Origin: Candidatus Nanoarchaeia archaeon
Lineage (GTDB): Archaea; Nanobdellota; Nanobdellia; Woesearchaeales; WJIZ01
Length of the DNA stretch: 64,000 nt
Reading direction: 5' to 3'
NCBI GenBank assembly: GCA_028279765.1
Contig: JANQND010000009.1
Coordinates: 65,198 to 129,197 of the forward strand
The stretch's first letter is position 1; each line of letters starts with the position of its first letter. The translations under genes were made by a program, and so were the position numbers. Under the pieces are notes generated by a model. It had not been told where the DNA came from and made no database searches. It was given only the letters and a program-made list of their open reading frames with translations. Shown in pieces: positions 1 through 10,247 of the stretch.

Positions 1-616
1 TAGCTAGAGAAAGATTCTAGCTTTTGTTATGTAATGAGTTCTCAAAAAAGTATAGCTTTATAAATGAACGAAAAATAGTACTACTTTTAAGTAGAGATTA
101 ATTTCACAAATCAAAAAAATGTCACCTTCATGTTTTTTTACATCCTTTGTCATCAAACCCTGAATCTTGGTTTTTTGGCTTTTTGGCCCGAACTTGACTT
201 TTCAGCATTACGCTGAGAAGCACGGTGAACGTTGAAGATCCGCAAAAAGAAGTATTATCTCAAAATATGAACAGAGATGAAGATTTCGATTTTCAGGATT
301 TACTAGCGGAGGGCCATGAAAACACTTTTTTCAAGTGTTTTCAACAGCAGGAAAACAATGTTTTTTCTAGCTGCAGCTTTCTTCTTTTAATCTTATTCTT
401 TCTACATCTTTAAAATTATAGAAGGAATAAGTTGGAAATATGCGTCGCGAAATAAAAAGAACTAACGGGAGGCTCATAGTATGAACTAATGAATTCAAGT
501 AAGAGTAAGTAGTATTCTAGTTAGAAAGGTCAGTAGCTAAGACCTTTCACCTTTATCAGTTATGCAATGTAGCATAACATTAACCAGCGAAGTATTGGAA
601 ACGAAAGGAAACTATC

Positions 617-1969
617 ATGTCACAAGAAAAAATTATTACAAGGGGTCCAGAATTCTTCCCCAACATTCCAAGAATCAACTATGAAGGTTCGGACAGCAAA
701 AATCCTTTATCCTTCAAGTGGTACAACCCGGTTCAGAAGGTTGGCGGCAAAACCATGAAAGAACACCTGCGGTTTGCCATCTCCTATTGGCACACCATGC
801 AGGGAGAAGGCCGGGATATTTTTGGTAATCCCACGGTTGTGCGTCCTTGGAATACTGCATCTGATGCCAAGCAGCGTGCCGCAGATACTGCCAATGCCGC
901 TTTTGAATTCTTTACTAAAATTGATGCCGGATATTACTGCTTCCATGATGCGGATGTCATTGAAGAGGCAGGTAATCTGAGGGAATCCAATGAAAGAATT
1001 GATTTCATTGTTGGTATCTTGGAAGAACTGCAAACTGAAACCGGCATTAAATTGTTATGGAATACGACCAATCTTTTTTCAAACCCGCGATTCATGGCCG
1101 GTGCGGCGACCAATCCGGACGCCAGTGTCGTTGCTTACGCGGCAGCGAAAGTGAAAAAAATGCTCGAAGTCGGCAGCAAACTTGGCGCAGAAAATTATGT
1201 TTTCTGGGGTGGCCGCGAAGGCTACGAAACCCTGATGAACACCGATATGCAGCGCGAGCTTGACCACATGGCTAAGTTCCTCTTTGGTGCTGTTGATTAT
1301 GCAAAGAAGATTGGTTTCGATGCCCAGTTCCTGATTGAACCGAAAGCCATGGAGCCATCCAAGCATCAATATGACCACGATGCCGCGACCTGCTTAAATT
1401 TCCTGCGTGAGTATGGTCTGATGGATTATTTCAAACTGAACATCGAAGCGAACCACGCTACCTTGGCAGGCCACAGCTTTGAACATGAACTGACCGTCGC
1501 CTCCAATGCCGGTATGCTTGGCAGTGTCGATTCCAACCGCGGTGACGTTCTGCTCGGTTGGGACACCGATCAGTTTGCCATCGAATTTTATGATACCGCC
1601 CGTGCCATGATTGTCATCCTCAATCAGGGCGGCCTGGGCAGTGGTGGCTTGAACTTCGACGCGAAACTTCGCCGAGGTTCAACCGATTTGGAAGACCTGT
1701 TCATTGCCCACATCGGCAGTATGGATGCGTTTGCCGTGGGTCTTCTGGTTGCGGAAAAATATTTGGCCCGACACAAAGAAATCCTGGCTAACCGCTACAA
1801 TTCATTTGATAGCGGTATCGGCGAACAATTCGAATCCGACAATATTGATTTTGAAGCCTTTGAAAACCACGCACTGAATAATCCTGAACCTGTAACCATC
1901 AGCGGCAAGCAGGAATTGCTGGAAAATGAATTCAACGGTATCCTTAATGATGTGATGAAGGCAGCATAA
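617..1969 (+). CDS. xylA: Xylose isomerase (class II)
   Basis: HLRFAISYWHT, FHDAD, VFWGGREGY, IEPK.MEP.KHQYD, NIEANHA, GWDTDQF, GGLNFDAK motifs; SD-like GAAAGGAA upstream. Confidence 0.97.
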   Translation: MSQEKIITRGPEFFPNIPRINYEGSDSKNPLSFKWYNPVQKVGGKTMKEHLRFAISYWHTMQGEGRDIFGNPTVVRPWNTASDAKQRAADTANAAFEFFTKIDAGYYCFHDADVIEEAGNLRESNERIDFIVGILEELQTETGIKLLWNTTNLFSNPRFMAGAATNPDASVVAYAAAKVKKMLEVGSKLGAENYVFWGGREGYETLMNTDMQRELDHMAKFLFGAVDYAKKIGFDAQFLIEPKAMEPSKHQYDHDAATCLNFLREYGLMDYFKLNIEANHATLAGHSFEHELTVASNAGMLGSVDSNRGDVLLGWDTDQFAIEFYDTARAMIVILNQGGLGSGGLNFDAKLRRGSTDLEDLFIAHIGSMDAFAVGLLVAEKYLARHKEILANRYNSFDSGIGEQFESDNIDFEAFENHALNNPEPVTISGKQELLENEFNGILNDVMKAA

Positions 1970-1998
1970 TGATCAAATGAATACAATAACACCACAAA

Positions 1999-2027
1999 GG
2001 GGAGGAAGCAATTCTTCTCCTTTTTTT
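1999..2027 (+). terminator. Intrinsic (rho-independent-type) terminator after xylA
   Basis: Stem GGGGAGGAA / TTCTTCTCC with GCAA tetraloop followed by T7. Confidence 0.75.
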
Positions 2028-2183
2028 CTTAAAAAACTCTAAACTAGCCATTAAGAAAACCCAAGCATTTTTTGTTTTGGGTTTTCTTTTTTTTCTTTAA
2101 TTAATTTCTATATAGAAAATATTTAACTAATAAATTAGTTCCTCCTCCAAAACCATTAAAAACCTCTCTCGTATACTTTGATC

Positions 2184-4535
2184 ATGAAAGGGTTTATCGT
2201 CTATCCAACCTATCGCATTATTGATGGAAAAGCACAAGTGCTGTTATATGGCAGGCTGGAGAACGGAGAATCCTTTGTCACGATCAATGATTTCAAACCT
2301 TATTTCTGGATAAAACACACAGACAAAGTCAAAGCAGAAAAGATTCTCAAAGACCTACAAACACAAAATATTACTATTGAAGATGCAGACTTTAAGAACT
2401 TTGATCACGAACCCGTAAGCAAAGTAACCTTAACAATTCCTAAGGAAGTGCCGGAACTGCGAAAGCATTTTTTGGATAGTAACATTCCCTGCTATGAGGC
2501 AGATATTCGATTCTCTTATCGTTTCATGTTTGACCACGACATTCAAACCAGCATGAACATTGAAGGAGAATACACCAAGAGCTCTGATTTCTACGTTGAC
2601 AGGGTGTATGAAAACCCGGTACTCTCACCCGCCGAACTATGGCCGCAGCTCAAGATACTCTCATTCGATATTGAGACGGATCTGAAAAACAAAGAGCTCT
2701 ATAGTATTTCCCTCTATTCAGAGGATATTGAACTCGTTCTTCTCAAAAAAGAAGAGGGAGCGTACAACAAAGCAAGAATATTCAAAACAGAGAAAGAATT
2801 GTTGGAAGAATTCATCAATCAAATCAAATCTCTTGATCCTGATGTTATCATTGGATGGAATTGCATTGATTTCGATTTTAATTTTCTCAAAAAAAAGTGC
2901 AAAGAACACGATATTTTTTTCTCATTTGGCAGGACAAATCAGGAGTGTACACTGCGTTTAACCGATTCATTCTTTACTGATTCAAGCGCGAATGTTCCGG
3001 GAAGAGCTGTCATAGACGGCATCCATTTGATGAAAGTCTCCTTTGTCAGGCTGGAAGACTACAAGCTTAATACTGCTGCAAAAACCATTCTTGGAGAAGA
3101 AAAATTGCTGACTTCAACAGATCGGCATAAAGAAATCGAGGAGCTCTACCATGATGACCCCCAGAAGCTGGTTGACTACAATCTCAAAGATTCAGTATTA
3201 GTACGACAGCTTATTGATAAATCGAAAGTACTGGACTTATCGATCAGAAGAAGCCTGATCACCGGGATGCAGCTTGACCGTGTTAACGCAAGCATCGCAT
3301 CACTGGATTCTCTGTACCTGCGAAAACTCAAGGATAAAAAAATTGTAGCACCATCTGCAGCAAACAATGAGAGGGAAGAGCGTATCAAAGGAGGTTTTGT
3401 AATGGACTCCAAGCCAGGAGTCTATGATACCATTCTGGTTCTTGACTTTAAAAGCCTATACCCCAGTGTCATGAGAACCTTCAATATAGATCCCTATAGT
3501 TTTGTTCCCTATACCCGGTATAGGGATTTGCCAAAGCAGGACCAGGAAAAACTCATAATATCACCTAATCAGGCACACTTCAGAAATGAGCGCGGAATAC
3601 TGCCCCTTATCCTAGAAGAGCTGTCAGCAAAGCGCGATGAGGCAAAAAAACAAAAAGACGATTTAAGCAGCCAGGCAATAAAAATATTAATGAATTCTTT
3701 CTTTGGAGTTCTTGCCAATCCTAACTGCCGTTTTTACTCTGTGCAAATAGGAAATGCTATTACACAATTCGGACAATTTCTCAATAAGCTAACCGCAGAA
3801 AAAATACGGGAGCTAGGCCATGAAGTAATCTATGGAGATACCGATTCCATCTTCGTTCACATCGTCAATGATAAGGAAAAATATGAATCTATTGGAAAAG
3901 AGTTGCAGGATTATACCAATGAGTTCTATAAAGCTTACGTCAAAAAAAACTATCACAGAGAATCATTTCTGGAACTGGAGTTTGAAAAAACCTTCAGAAA
4001 ATTCCTCATGCCCAAAGTGAGGGGATCTGAAAAAGGAGCCAAGAAGCGATATGCAGGCATTCTCTCATCAAGCAAAAACGATGAGATTAGCGTTGTCGGG
4101 ATGGAAGTGGTAAGAAGAGACTGGACCGATGTTGCCAAGAAATTCCAGATGGAGCTGCTAAACATTATTTTTCACGATAAGCCGGTTGAAGAGTATGTAA
4201 AATCCTTTGTTACGGATTTGCAAAAAGGAAAAATGGATGATCTACTAGTTTATAAGAAAGCTATCAGAAAAGGTGTTTCCTCGTATACAAAAACAACACC
4301 TCCTCATGTCAAAGCCGCAAGAAAGCTGGGAAGGGAAGTTCCCGGCATTATTGAATATGTCATTACAACAGATGGCCCTGAACCGCTTGAAAAACAAACC
4401 GCAAAGCTGGACTATGACCACTATGTGGAAAAACAAATTAAGCCCATTGCAGACTCTATTCTCTCCTTTCAGGAAAAAAGCTTTGAGGACATTATAGCAA
4501 AGCAAAAACAAACTGATCTATTTAGCTTTGGTTAA
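2184..4535 (+). CDS. polB: Family B DNA polymerase
   Basis: Exo motif FDIET, GWNCIDFDF, DFKSLYPS, KILMNSFFG, YGDTDS, KKRYAG; C-terminal PIP-like QTDLFSF. Confidence 0.95.
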   Translation: MKGFIVYPTYRIIDGKAQVLLYGRLENGESFVTINDFKPYFWIKHTDKVKAEKILKDLQTQNITIEDADFKNFDHEPVSKVTLTIPKEVPELRKHFLDSNIPCYEADIRFSYRFMFDHDIQTSMNIEGEYTKSSDFYVDRVYENPVLSPAELWPQLKILSFDIETDLKNKELYSISLYSEDIELVLLKKEEGAYNKARIFKTEKELLEEFINQIKSLDPDVIIGWNCIDFDFNFLKKKCKEHDIFFSFGRTNQECTLRLTDSFFTDSSANVPGRAVIDGIHLMKVSFVRLEDYKLNTAAKTILGEEKLLTSTDRHKEIEELYHDDPQKLVDYNLKDSVLVRQLIDKSKVLDLSIRRSLITGMQLDRVNASIASLDSLYLRKLKDKKIVAPSAANNEREERIKGGFVMDSKPGVYDTILVLDFKSLYPSVMRTFNIDPYSFVPYTRYRDLPKQDQEKLIISPNQAHFRNERGILPLILEELSAKRDEAKKQKDDLSSQAIKILMNSFFGVLANPNCRFYSVQIGNAITQFGQFLNKLTAEKIRELGHEVIYGDTDSIFVHIVNDKEKYESIGKELQDYTNEFYKAYVKKNYHRESFLELEFEKTFRKFLMPKVRGSEKGAKKRYAGILSSSKNDEISVVGMEVVRRDWTDVAKKFQMELLNIIFHDKPVEEYVKSFVTDLQKGKMDDLLVYKKAIRKGVSSYTKTTPPHVKAARKLGREVPGIIEYVITTDGPEPLEKQTAKLDYDHYVEKQIKPIADSILSFQEKSFEDIIAKQKQTDLFSFG

Positions 4536-5202
4536 GGATGATGACATTACCCTTGCTTTTCTTTATCTTGGTTATCATTTTCTTATGCTCTAGTTCAGTC
4601 AATACTAAACTTATCTTAGCCTCTGAAACCGGAAATTGCCTGCGAATCTCTTTTTGAGTAACCCTTCCTTCCTTTTCCTTGATGAAGGCTATAACCTCTG
4701 AACTCAGATCTTCTCCTATCTCCTCCTCAGTATTCACCACAGCCTTCTTATTCTTCTTTGTTGCAAGGACATGAAAAACAATAGCAATAACAAGCAATAT
4801 AATGAGGACATAAGGCCACCAAAGTATTGATCCGTTATCAAATTCAGGGATTTCAACATCAACTTGTTCAGTGAGCAAATCTTCCTCATCACTCAGATCT
4901 GCAGAGAGCAGAATATCAATCACAAACTCTCCCTCGCGCACTACGGTAATATTCTCTGAGGAAGAATAAGAATAATCCGCTTCATACACTGCGTTAATCT
5001 GATAAATGCCCAAAGGAACTTCAAAAGAAAATTCACCATTCTTTGCGACCATGGTTTGCTCCGGGACACTATTAATGGTTACTATAGCATTTCTGGCAAC
5101 AGAGAGATCAAGGTCATAGACTGTGCCATAGACCCGTGCAGCATACGAAATCGGAACAATGGATAATAAACAAAGAATAATGACTACGATACCTCTTTTC
5201 AT
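4522..5202 (-). CDS. Membrane-anchored winged-HTH protein (signal peptide, beta-sandwich ectodomain, TM helix, C-terminal wHTH)
   Basis: N-terminal signal, TM WWPYVLIILLVIAIVF, C-terminal GRVTQKEIRRQFPVSEAKISLVLTELEHKKMI. Confidence 0.75.
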   Translation of the reverse strand: MKRGIVVIILCLLSIVPISYAARVYGTVYDLDLSVARNAIVTINSVPEQTMVAKNGEFSFEVPLGIYQINAVYEADYSYSSSENITVVREGEFVIDILLSADLSDEEDLLTEQVDVEIPEFDNGSILWWPYVLIILLVIAIVFHVLATKKNKKAVVNTEEEIGEDLSSEVIAFIKEKEGRVTQKEIRRQFPVSEAKISLVLTELEHKKMITKIKKSKGNVIILNQS

Positions 5203-5386
5203 AGCAGGTACTTGAAGGGTATCATATAAAAAATTTGCTGTAGCTATAGGTTCTCCTTATTCTGGAAAATTAGGGAGAGATAAAGCACATGAAAGGATAA
5301 TTTGTTCTTATGTAAAGCCCAAAAAAAGCAGCTTTATAAAGGAAAATTTCGAATGAAAAGAAAAATCATATGTTGGAGGTTATACC

Positions 5387-6766
5387 ATGAAAAAAATAAT
5401 TTCATTATTGTTAATGAGTATCTTAGTCATGAGCCTTGTTCCTTTTGGGTTTGCTATGACTGATGAAGCAACAGATGCAGCAGCTACTGATTCTATACTG
5501 GATGCAGATCCGGTAGATGAGGGTACCAACACTGCAGAAAAAGACACCAGAGGAAAGCCTAAGATCCAGCCTAGAAAAGTTGTGAAGCGGGCAAGAACTG
5601 TCGCAAGGGATGTTCAGAAAGATGCAGCGTCTGACGATACAGTAGCGGATGGAGAAACAGACCGCAAGAAGCGTCCAGCAGTTAGAGCTGCGAAAACAAT
5701 TGACAAAAAAATGGACAAGCGGTCCGATTTGAGGAAAACGGTTGCTAAAAAAAGAACTATTGCAAAAGAGAGGCTTGAGAATGCCAGGGAGAGATTCAGC
5801 AACCTCAAAGAGCGAACCGCACAAGTAAAGGAAAGAGTAAAGCAAGCTCGTGAAAACTTTCAGGCTGCAAAAAGTCAATTGAGGGAGTGTGAATCAGACG
5901 AGTCTATTGATTGTGATGAAGTAAAGAGCAAGCTGCGGGATAATGCTAAAGAGCATATCATCAAAAGCGCAGAGCGCATGATTAATCATCTTGAGAAAAT
6001 AAAGGAAAAAACCTCTTCCTCTGAAAATGTTGAGGAGGATTGGGCAGATGAAATCGAATCAGATATTGATGGCATGATTTCAGACATCAATGGCATTATT
6101 GATGATGTAAATGCAGCAACAACAAAAGACGAGATCAAAGAAGCAGCAAAAGAACTACGGGAAATTTTCAAGAAGATCCAGCACAGGCACAAAGTACATG
6201 CAGCAAAAGTACTTGTAGGAAGATTTGAGCACGTTATCGGAAAACTATCAAATGTTGAAGAGCGGATTGAAACAGCTATTGATAATTTAGGCGATGATGT
6301 GGATACCTCTTCTGTAGAGAGCAAATTGAGTGAATTTTCTTCATTAGTTGATAGCGCTGGTGAAAAGGTTGAAGATGCAACAAATAAGCTCAAAGAAGCG
6401 CGCAATCTTGCAGGTGGAGACGATGCTGAGACCGTCAAGAGCCTGGTATCAGAAGCAAAAGAATTGCTTAGAGGAGCAAAAGGAGACATTAAAGATGCTC
6501 ATCAAAAACTTCGGGAAATCGTTAAGGAAATTCGGTCCTTGAACGGTTCCATCCCTCAGGAAGTAGAAACTGATGACACTGAAGAAGAATCTGATGGAAG
6601 TGAGTCAGAAGATGTAATTGAGGAGGAGGAAGAAGAGACTGAAGAAGAAGAGCAGCAAGATACTCAGCAAGAAGGAGAAGAGGAAGACACTGAGGAAGAA
6701 GAAGAACCTGAAGATGATGCAATTGAGGAAGAAGAGCTAGAAGGGGAAGATGTCGTGGAAGAGTAA
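5387..6766 (+). CDS. Secreted coiled-coil protein with long acidic tail
   Basis: Signal peptide, helical heptad-rich core, E/D-rich C-terminus; SD GGAGGT. Confidence 0.7.
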   Translation: MKKIISLLLMSILVMSLVPFGFAMTDEATDAAATDSILDADPVDEGTNTAEKDTRGKPKIQPRKVVKRARTVARDVQKDAASDDTVADGETDRKKRPAVRAAKTIDKKMDKRSDLRKTVAKKRTIAKERLENARERFSNLKERTAQVKERVKQARENFQAAKSQLRECESDESIDCDEVKSKLRDNAKEHIIKSAERMINHLEKIKEKTSSSENVEEDWADEIESDIDGMISDINGIIDDVNAATTKDEIKEAAKELREIFKKIQHRHKVHAAKVLVGRFEHVIGKLSNVEERIETAIDNLGDDVDTSSVESKLSEFSSLVDSAGEKVEDATNKLKEARNLAGGDDAETVKSLVSEAKELLRGAKGDIKDAHQKLREIVKEIRSLNGSIPQEVETDDTEEESDGSESEDVIEEEEEETEEEEQQDTQQEGEEEDTEEEEEPEDDAIEEEELEGEDVVEE

Positions 6767-6849
6767 ATCCTTCCTTTTTTCTTTTATTCTTTGTGAGTGA
6801 AGTCAAAAGGTTTATATAGGAATTTCCTCTAGAAAATAACTGATAGAAA

Positions 6850-7119
6850 ATGAACACAAAAACAATCTTCATCGGAATATCTATTCTTCTTCTACTATTT
6901 ACAGGATGTGCAGGAAAACAGGGACAATCAACTGATACAGGAACTGCTGACCAACAGCCTGGTGCCTCGCAGCAACCAGCTGCAGACGCACAGGTAGATA
7001 AAGAAGAAGTCGTTGCAGAAGTAACCTCTGGAATTGATGATATTGATTCTCTTGATACTGATCTTGATGATTCAGAATTGGATTCCCTTGACGGTGAACT
7101 TGCAGAAATCGACTGGTAA
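6850..7119 (+). CDS. Small acidic lipoprotein
   Basis: Lipobox-like FTGC; acidic C-terminus. Confidence 0.65.
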   Translation: MNTKTIFIGISILLLLFTGCAGKQGQSTDTGTADQQPGASQQPAADAQVDKEEVVAEVTSGIDDIDSLDTDLDDSELDSLDGELAEIDW

Positions 7120-7145
7120 TCTCTTTTTTCTTATCCTTTTTTATC

Positions 7146-8129
7146 CTATTTCCAGGTAACTTCAATATCATCCGTTCTCTCATATGGTCGAACGTCTGAC
7201 TCCTCAAGAGCAGTGGTAACCCCGGTTTTATGCATGATAATTCCCAGCCAGGCAATCATTGCTGCATTATCTACATTGAATTGATTCTCTAAGATGTAGC
7301 ACTCTGCACCGCGCTCTTTGCACATTATTTTGCACATTTCCTGCAGTCTGCTATTACATGCAACGCCTCCTCCAAGCAATAATTCAGTTTTCCCTGTGTG
7401 TGCCATCGCCCGCTCGGTTGCCTCAACCAGCATCGCAAAAACGGTCTCCTGCAAACTGTAGCATAAATCTTCCTGGGAATATTTTCCTGACTGTAGTTTT
7501 TGTTTAGCGTTTGTAAGAATTCCTCCAAAGCTCGTATCCATTCCTTTTACTACATAGGGTAATTCGATATATTCCTTGCCTTTCTTTGCAAGTGCATCGA
7601 TCTTTGGACCGCCCGGAAAACCCAGTCCCATCTCACGGGCAAACGTATCCAGAAAATTTCCAATCCCTCCATCAAGAGTTTCTCCAAAGATTCGGTACTT
7701 TCCGCCATCATAGGCAATGATTTGAGTATTTGCCCCGGATGCGTATAACAAAACAGGATCTTTTGCCTTGGTACACATGCCGCCGATTTCCAGATGGGCA
7801 ATACAGTGATTAACACCTATGAGAGGAATATTGCCAAGAACAGAGAGCGACCGCGCTGCAAGCCCTCCAATCTTGAGGGTATGTCCAATTCCAGGACCCT
7901 GGGAGAATGAAATAAGATCGATATCAGATAGCTTTAACTTAGCTTCATCTAGTGCTTGCCTAATTACCCGATCAAAGCACTCCACATGGTGCTCTGCTGC
8001 CTGAGCTGGAACAATCCCTCCGGTTTCTGTCGTATAGACATCCCGCACATTTGCAAGCACTTTTTTCTTATCCGTTACAATTCCTACACCGAAAGTGTGG
8101 GCTGTTGATTCAATTCCTAGGCAGATCAT
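7146..8129 (-). CDS. kae1: tRNA N6-threonylcarbamoyltransferase Kae1 (KEOPS)
   Basis: GIESTAHTFGVG, FSQGPG, HCIAHLE, GETLD, GGVACN, VDNAAMIA. Confidence 0.96.
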   Translation of the reverse strand: MICLGIESTAHTFGVGIVTDKKKVLANVRDVYTTETGGIVPAQAAEHHVECFDRVIRQALDEAKLKLSDIDLISFSQGPGIGHTLKIGGLAARSLSVLGNIPLIGVNHCIAHLEIGGMCTKAKDPVLLYASGANTQIIAYDGGKYRIFGETLDGGIGNFLDTFAREMGLGFPGGPKIDALAKKGKEYIELPYVVKGMDTSFGGILTNAKQKLQSGKYSQEDLCYSLQETVFAMLVEATERAMAHTGKTELLLGGGVACNSRLQEMCKIMCKERGAECYILENQFNVDNAAMIAWLGIIMHKTGVTTALEESDVRPYERTDDIEVTWK

Positions 8130-8148
8130 GTGCAGGTAGAATTAATAT

Positions 8149-9528
8149 TCATTTATAAATTCTGCTACATTCTGTAATAGTTGGCGCAAGGTTAGCAAAC
8201 TTTGCCTTATACTGATCAAATTTGTCCTTATCAATATTTACTCCAAATATCCAATAATTTTTCACCTTCTCAGCTCCTGTGAACATTCCTGCCTTATGCA
8301 GCTCGTTTCCTTTAAACGAATTCAAGAACTTCTCATAGAATTGAATGCTGGAGTTGTTATCTTCTGTTTTTGTTCGGCCCATGTACCCCTCAGGATAATC
8401 TAATGCTATTCGTTCCATTATTTGCGTTCCAAGACCGCTTCCTTGAATATCCGGATGGGTTGATAGTTTGCACATAATCTTAATACCATAAAAATCTCTC
8501 ATCACCGCACCGCTTGTCTTGCCCGCATCAACATAGATCTTATTAATTGGATGACTCTCATTTATACTATGACCTTTCCAATAATTCTCCATTAACTGTT
8601 CTCCTCTGTGTACAAATCCTTCATTGAAGAGGTTCGTAATATTTTCAATTCCATGATGCTTACTAAATGCCTCAGGTCTCGAATACGTTTGAATGATATA
8701 AGGCATTCGAATGATTGTACCTGCGCCATCTGTCAGCAGTTCTGCTACTAGGTTTTCAGCGGTAGTTATTTGAACGCTTCTTCCATATCCCATCTGTTCA
8801 AGTAATTGGTACGCTTCCAAGGCATTTAGTTTCATTCCGTCTTTAATGACGTTATCTGCAATAAGCTTATTTAGCGTTACTTTTGACCTAATTTCTGATA
8901 TTTTATCTCCTTTAGAATCTTTGATAGCAGTATCTCCAAGCAAAATAAGCTTATAGGCATCAAGGCTTTTTACCAAGTCAGCTGCAGCAGGTGTTGCATT
9001 AATATTATAGACTTGTCCCGTATTATCCTGACCTAAATGGCTAATAACGGGAACTTTCCCATCATGTATAGCATCAATGATTGGAGCGGTATCTACATGA
9101 AGAACATCGCCCACATAGCCAGTATTAATTCGCTCACCAGAGTCGTTTATTTCAACTCCGTGCGGAACGGTTCGAAAAACAGAAAAGGGCATGGCAACTG
9201 CTTCTATATTATTTTCTTGGAATGCATCTACAACATAATCCAGATTCTGCTTTGCTGCCGGGACCAATTCATCAAGTAAAGCCTCATTTGTAATTCTTAT
9301 TCCATTGACTTTTGATGAATTTTGAAAAGCAGGTAGTTTATCATATTGCGGTCCTCCTCCTATAACTAGTGGTAAAATGATATCATGCTCATTATCTAAC
9401 TCATTGAATCCTTCAACGATTGCAGATAGCCTATCTTGATTCACTAACTTTCCACTAGCTTTAACTACCCCTATCTGATGTGGTTCTGACTGATGAAATA
9501 AATTTTCCCAATAGGTATCAACTTTCAT
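8149..9528 (-). CDS. Acetylglutamate kinase-like domain fused to GNAT domain (ArgA/ArgB-like)
   Basis: VKASG, VIGGGPQ, VNGIRIT, GYVGDV, YNINA, IKDGMKL, ELLTDGAGT; C-terminal QGSGLG acetyl-CoA motif. Confidence 0.7.
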   Translation of the reverse strand: MKVDTYWENLFHQSEPHQIGVVKASGKLVNQDRLSAIVEGFNELDNEHDIILPLVIGGGPQYDKLPAFQNSSKVNGIRITNEALLDELVPAAKQNLDYVVDAFQENNIEAVAMPFSVFRTVPHGVEINDSGERINTGYVGDVLHVDTAPIIDAIHDGKVPVISHLGQDNTGQVYNINATPAAADLVKSLDAYKLILLGDTAIKDSKGDKISEIRSKVTLNKLIADNVIKDGMKLNALEAYQLLEQMGYGRSVQITTAENLVAELLTDGAGTIIRMPYIIQTYSRPEAFSKHHGIENITNLFNEGFVHRGEQLMENYWKGHSINESHPINKIYVDAGKTSGAVMRDFYGIKIMCKLSTHPDIQGSGLGTQIMERIALDYPEGYMGRTKTEDNNSSIQFYEKFLNSFKGNELHKAGMFTGAEKVKNYWIFGVNIDKDKFDQYKAKFANLAPTITECSRIYK

Positions 9529-9612
9529 AAAAAAGAAAACCAATTTCTCTCTTTTAAGGCCTTGGACCTATATAAAACAAAAATAAACACCAATGTCCAA
9601 TATAGGACATTT

Positions 9613-10212
9613 CTAGAATATGATGATCTTTCCCTTGGGGCCGGGGTTAAAGACCAGACATCTTCCTACATTATCATCCTTACCAGCATTCTCGTGGATA
9701 TGACCGCAGAAACCGAATTCAACAGGATAATCCTTAACAAAGCGGGAAAATGATTTGCAGCCTACATGATCCCTATCGATCTCATCCAGTGCAGTATTGT
9801 GGAATGGTGCATGAACGATGAATAATTTTTTCTTATTGCCAAAAGATCGAAGTAAAGAATTGTTTTCTTTGGCCCAGGCCTCAAACTCCAAATCTTTCTG
9901 GGAGAATCCTCCACCTCCCCAACCCAATAACACAACCTCCTTGAACTCTCTAATCTTTCCATGCATGAATTCGACATTATCATAGTGCTCACAGAGATGA
10001 GCAACTTCTCTTTCATCTTCATGATTGCCATGTACTAAAAATACTCTTCCAAGCTTAGAAATCTCTTTCATCCATTTTTCTATGCGATCACCAAAAACAG
10101 TAAAATCCCCTGCACAAATAATAAAATCAGGTTTTTCTTTTTCCACCTTCTCTTTAAGGACATCCATAGCCTTTTTGTTCCCATGCAGGTCCACAAACGC
10201 TAAACATTTCAT
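9613..10212 (-). CDS. Calcineurin-like metallophosphoesterase
   Basis: DLHG, AGD, GNHE, HAP, GHIHE, NPG motifs. Confidence 0.9.
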   Translation of the reverse strand: MKCLAFVDLHGNKKAMDVLKEKVEKEKPDFIICAGDFTVFGDRIEKWMKEISKLGRVFLVHGNHEDEREVAHLCEHYDNVEFMHGKIREFKEVVLLGWGGGGFSQKDLEFEAWAKENNSLLRSFGNKKKLFIVHAPFHNTALDEIDRDHVGCKSFSRFVKDYPVEFGFCGHIHENAGKDDNVGRCLVFNPGPKGKIIIF

Positions 10213-10247
10213 ACCATGACAGTTTATGGAGGTTATTTAAAGGTTTG

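Noticed and set aside
225-413. 62-aa ORF upstream of xylA
   Set aside because: GTG start, no SD, no motif, overlaps an inverted repeat; probably spurious
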